DNA of 6,129 nucleotides from a virus (lineage: Duplodnaviria > Heunggongvirae > Uroviricota > Caudoviricetes). The notes beneath the pieces were generated by a model. That model saw only the letters and a program-made list of their open reading frames with translations, did not search any database and had not been told where the DNA came from. Positions 4,990 through 6,129 of the stretch are shown in pieces; the stretch's first letter is position 1, and every line of letters starts with the position of its first letter. Location: IMG/VR virus record IMGVR_UViG_2778261202_000005. The stretch is one strand, 5' to 3'. The position numbers were made by a program, and so were the translations under genes.

Positions 4990-6129
4990 CTAAAATACAA
5001 CTTGCTTCCTTAGTAAATCACCTCTAGCATTTGAGTAATATTCAGTCGAATTGCCAGTAACTTCCCGGAGTACTTCTGTTACAAGGTTATTTAGTATTCC
5101 CGTAAGTTTAAGAAACTCTCCATATGAATTAGGTTTCTCAAATATCTTTCTGGTACCGTTCGGCACATCGAGCTGCATTGCAGCATCATGATCCTGGGCT
5201 AAGTGATTTAGCCAGCGGTGAGTCTCAACAAGTACAGCAAGTTCATAGTATGTACTATGACGGAGATTATTAGCATCTGCATGGTACATTAGTGAAGCAA
5301 TATCATAGCTGCTTAGATCAATACTCGAACCTTCGTCTCCACTGTCTGCTTTCAGGGTTTTGAGCATGCGAATTGATTTTCTTAATCCACCATTGCATTG
5401 ATCGCATTTGTCTTTGATACGTTGCATGTGGAGGAACGGTTCATTGTAGATACGCTCTCGTTTGTTTTTATCAATTATGGTAACTCCACGATGTTCTTCT
5501 TTTTTTGTGAGTTGGTACTCTTTCGTATCCCACCATATGCCTGGCACTACATCAACTTCTCTTTGAAGACTCCCCCCCGTTATTCTCAAGGACTTGGCGT
5601 TATTATCGTCAACCTGAGCAGCAGGAAATGTCATTTTTAGAGCATCTCGAGCTGCACGCCTAAGTTCAATGATGACGTCTCGGCCATCTTTCTCAGCTGC
5701 ACTATAGCTGCCAACTCCACCGCTATCATACATAAGCATCTGAGTATCAATAATTAAAAGATCTACATCACTGAAACCTTTGATATGGATATCTAGGGGA
5801 ACAGAACCTTGTACCCGAAAATCTAGGTTTAGGTCTAATTTCTTAGTCAGCTGATTTTCAATACGATACGCGGTTTCGAATGAGATCTCTGTATAGCGGG
5901 GGTCAACTGGTTGCATCGCACCAATGACATACCGGATAGCTGAATCGTCTCTTCCTCTAGACTCCCAACTTTCATTAAGCTCAAGAGCATCTTCAAGCAA
6001 TGCATATTTTTCAAGGCCATCATATCTTTGATTACTCATTGATTCTGTGGCTACTCGCAACTGATCATATGTCCCTTTACGACGTGACTTCATGCGTTCA
6101 ATACGCGAACTATATGATGAATTAGACAT
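4990..6129 (-). CDS. Pol-beta superfamily nucleotidyltransferase, CD-NTase/SMODS-like (379 aa)
   Basis: Motif QGSVPLDIHIKGFSDVDLLI (G108-S109, 11 residues, then D121-V-D123) and a third acidic residue in EVDVVPG (D193) match the GS...DxD...D active-site pattern of cGAS/DncV/OAS-like enzymes. An alpha-helical C-terminal region of about 180 aa follows. The ATG is at the window edge (6127-6129), so an upstream extension or upstream partner genes cannot be excluded. Confidence 0.85.
   Translation of the reverse strand: MSNSSYSSRIERMKSRRKGTYDQLRVATESMSNQRYDGLEKYALLEDALELNESWESRGRDDSAIRYVIGAMQPVDPRYTEISFETAYRIENQLTKKLDLNLDFRVQGSVPLDIHIKGFSDVDLLIIDTQMLMYDSGGVGSYSAAEKDGRDVIIELRRAARDALKMTFPAAQVDDNNAKSLRITGGSLQREVDVVPGIWWDTKEYQLTKKEEHRGVTIIDKNKRERIYNEPFLHMQRIKDKCDQCNGGLRKSIRMLKTLKADSGDEGSSIDLSSYDIASLMYHADANNLRHSTYYELAVLVETHRWLNHLAQDHDAAMQLDVPNGTRKIFEKPNSYGEFLKLTGILNNLVTEVLREVTGNSTEYYSNARGDLLRKQVVF

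Noticed and set aside
5398-5640. Plus-strand ORF of 80 aa inside the NTase gene
   Set aside because: Antisense to the NTase catalytic region, with a poly-Phe artefactual translation.

Overview
The window joins two compositionally distinct parts. Positions 1-3461 (roughly 45-50% GC by eye) are the integration end of a lambdoid prophage or phage: three plus-strand accessory genes resembling the E. coli CPS-53 yfdP/yfdQ/yfdR trio (120 aa; 274 aa DUF2303-like; 178 aa HD-domain phosphohydrolase), then a lambda-like excisionase overlapping a lambda-family tyrosine integrase by 20 bp, then an AT-rich att-like region. Positions 3462-6129 are low-GC cargo on the minus strand: a Pol-beta/CD-NTase-like nucleotidyltransferase (379 aa, GS-x11-DVD plus a downstream Asp) and a four-helix membrane protein (321 aa). 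They are separated by an unusual 562-bp spacer containing tandem promoter-like -10 boxes, a ~250-bp GC-rich block, a bidirectional terminator-like hairpin and a TTTGATAA direct-repeat array. The best candidate for a novel or poorly described system is this NTase + membrane-effector pair (CBASS type I / SMODS-SLATT / Hailong-like architecture), possibly with an embedded non-coding RNA or regulatory element. All calls come from reading the sequence and recalled family motifs; no database search was run.
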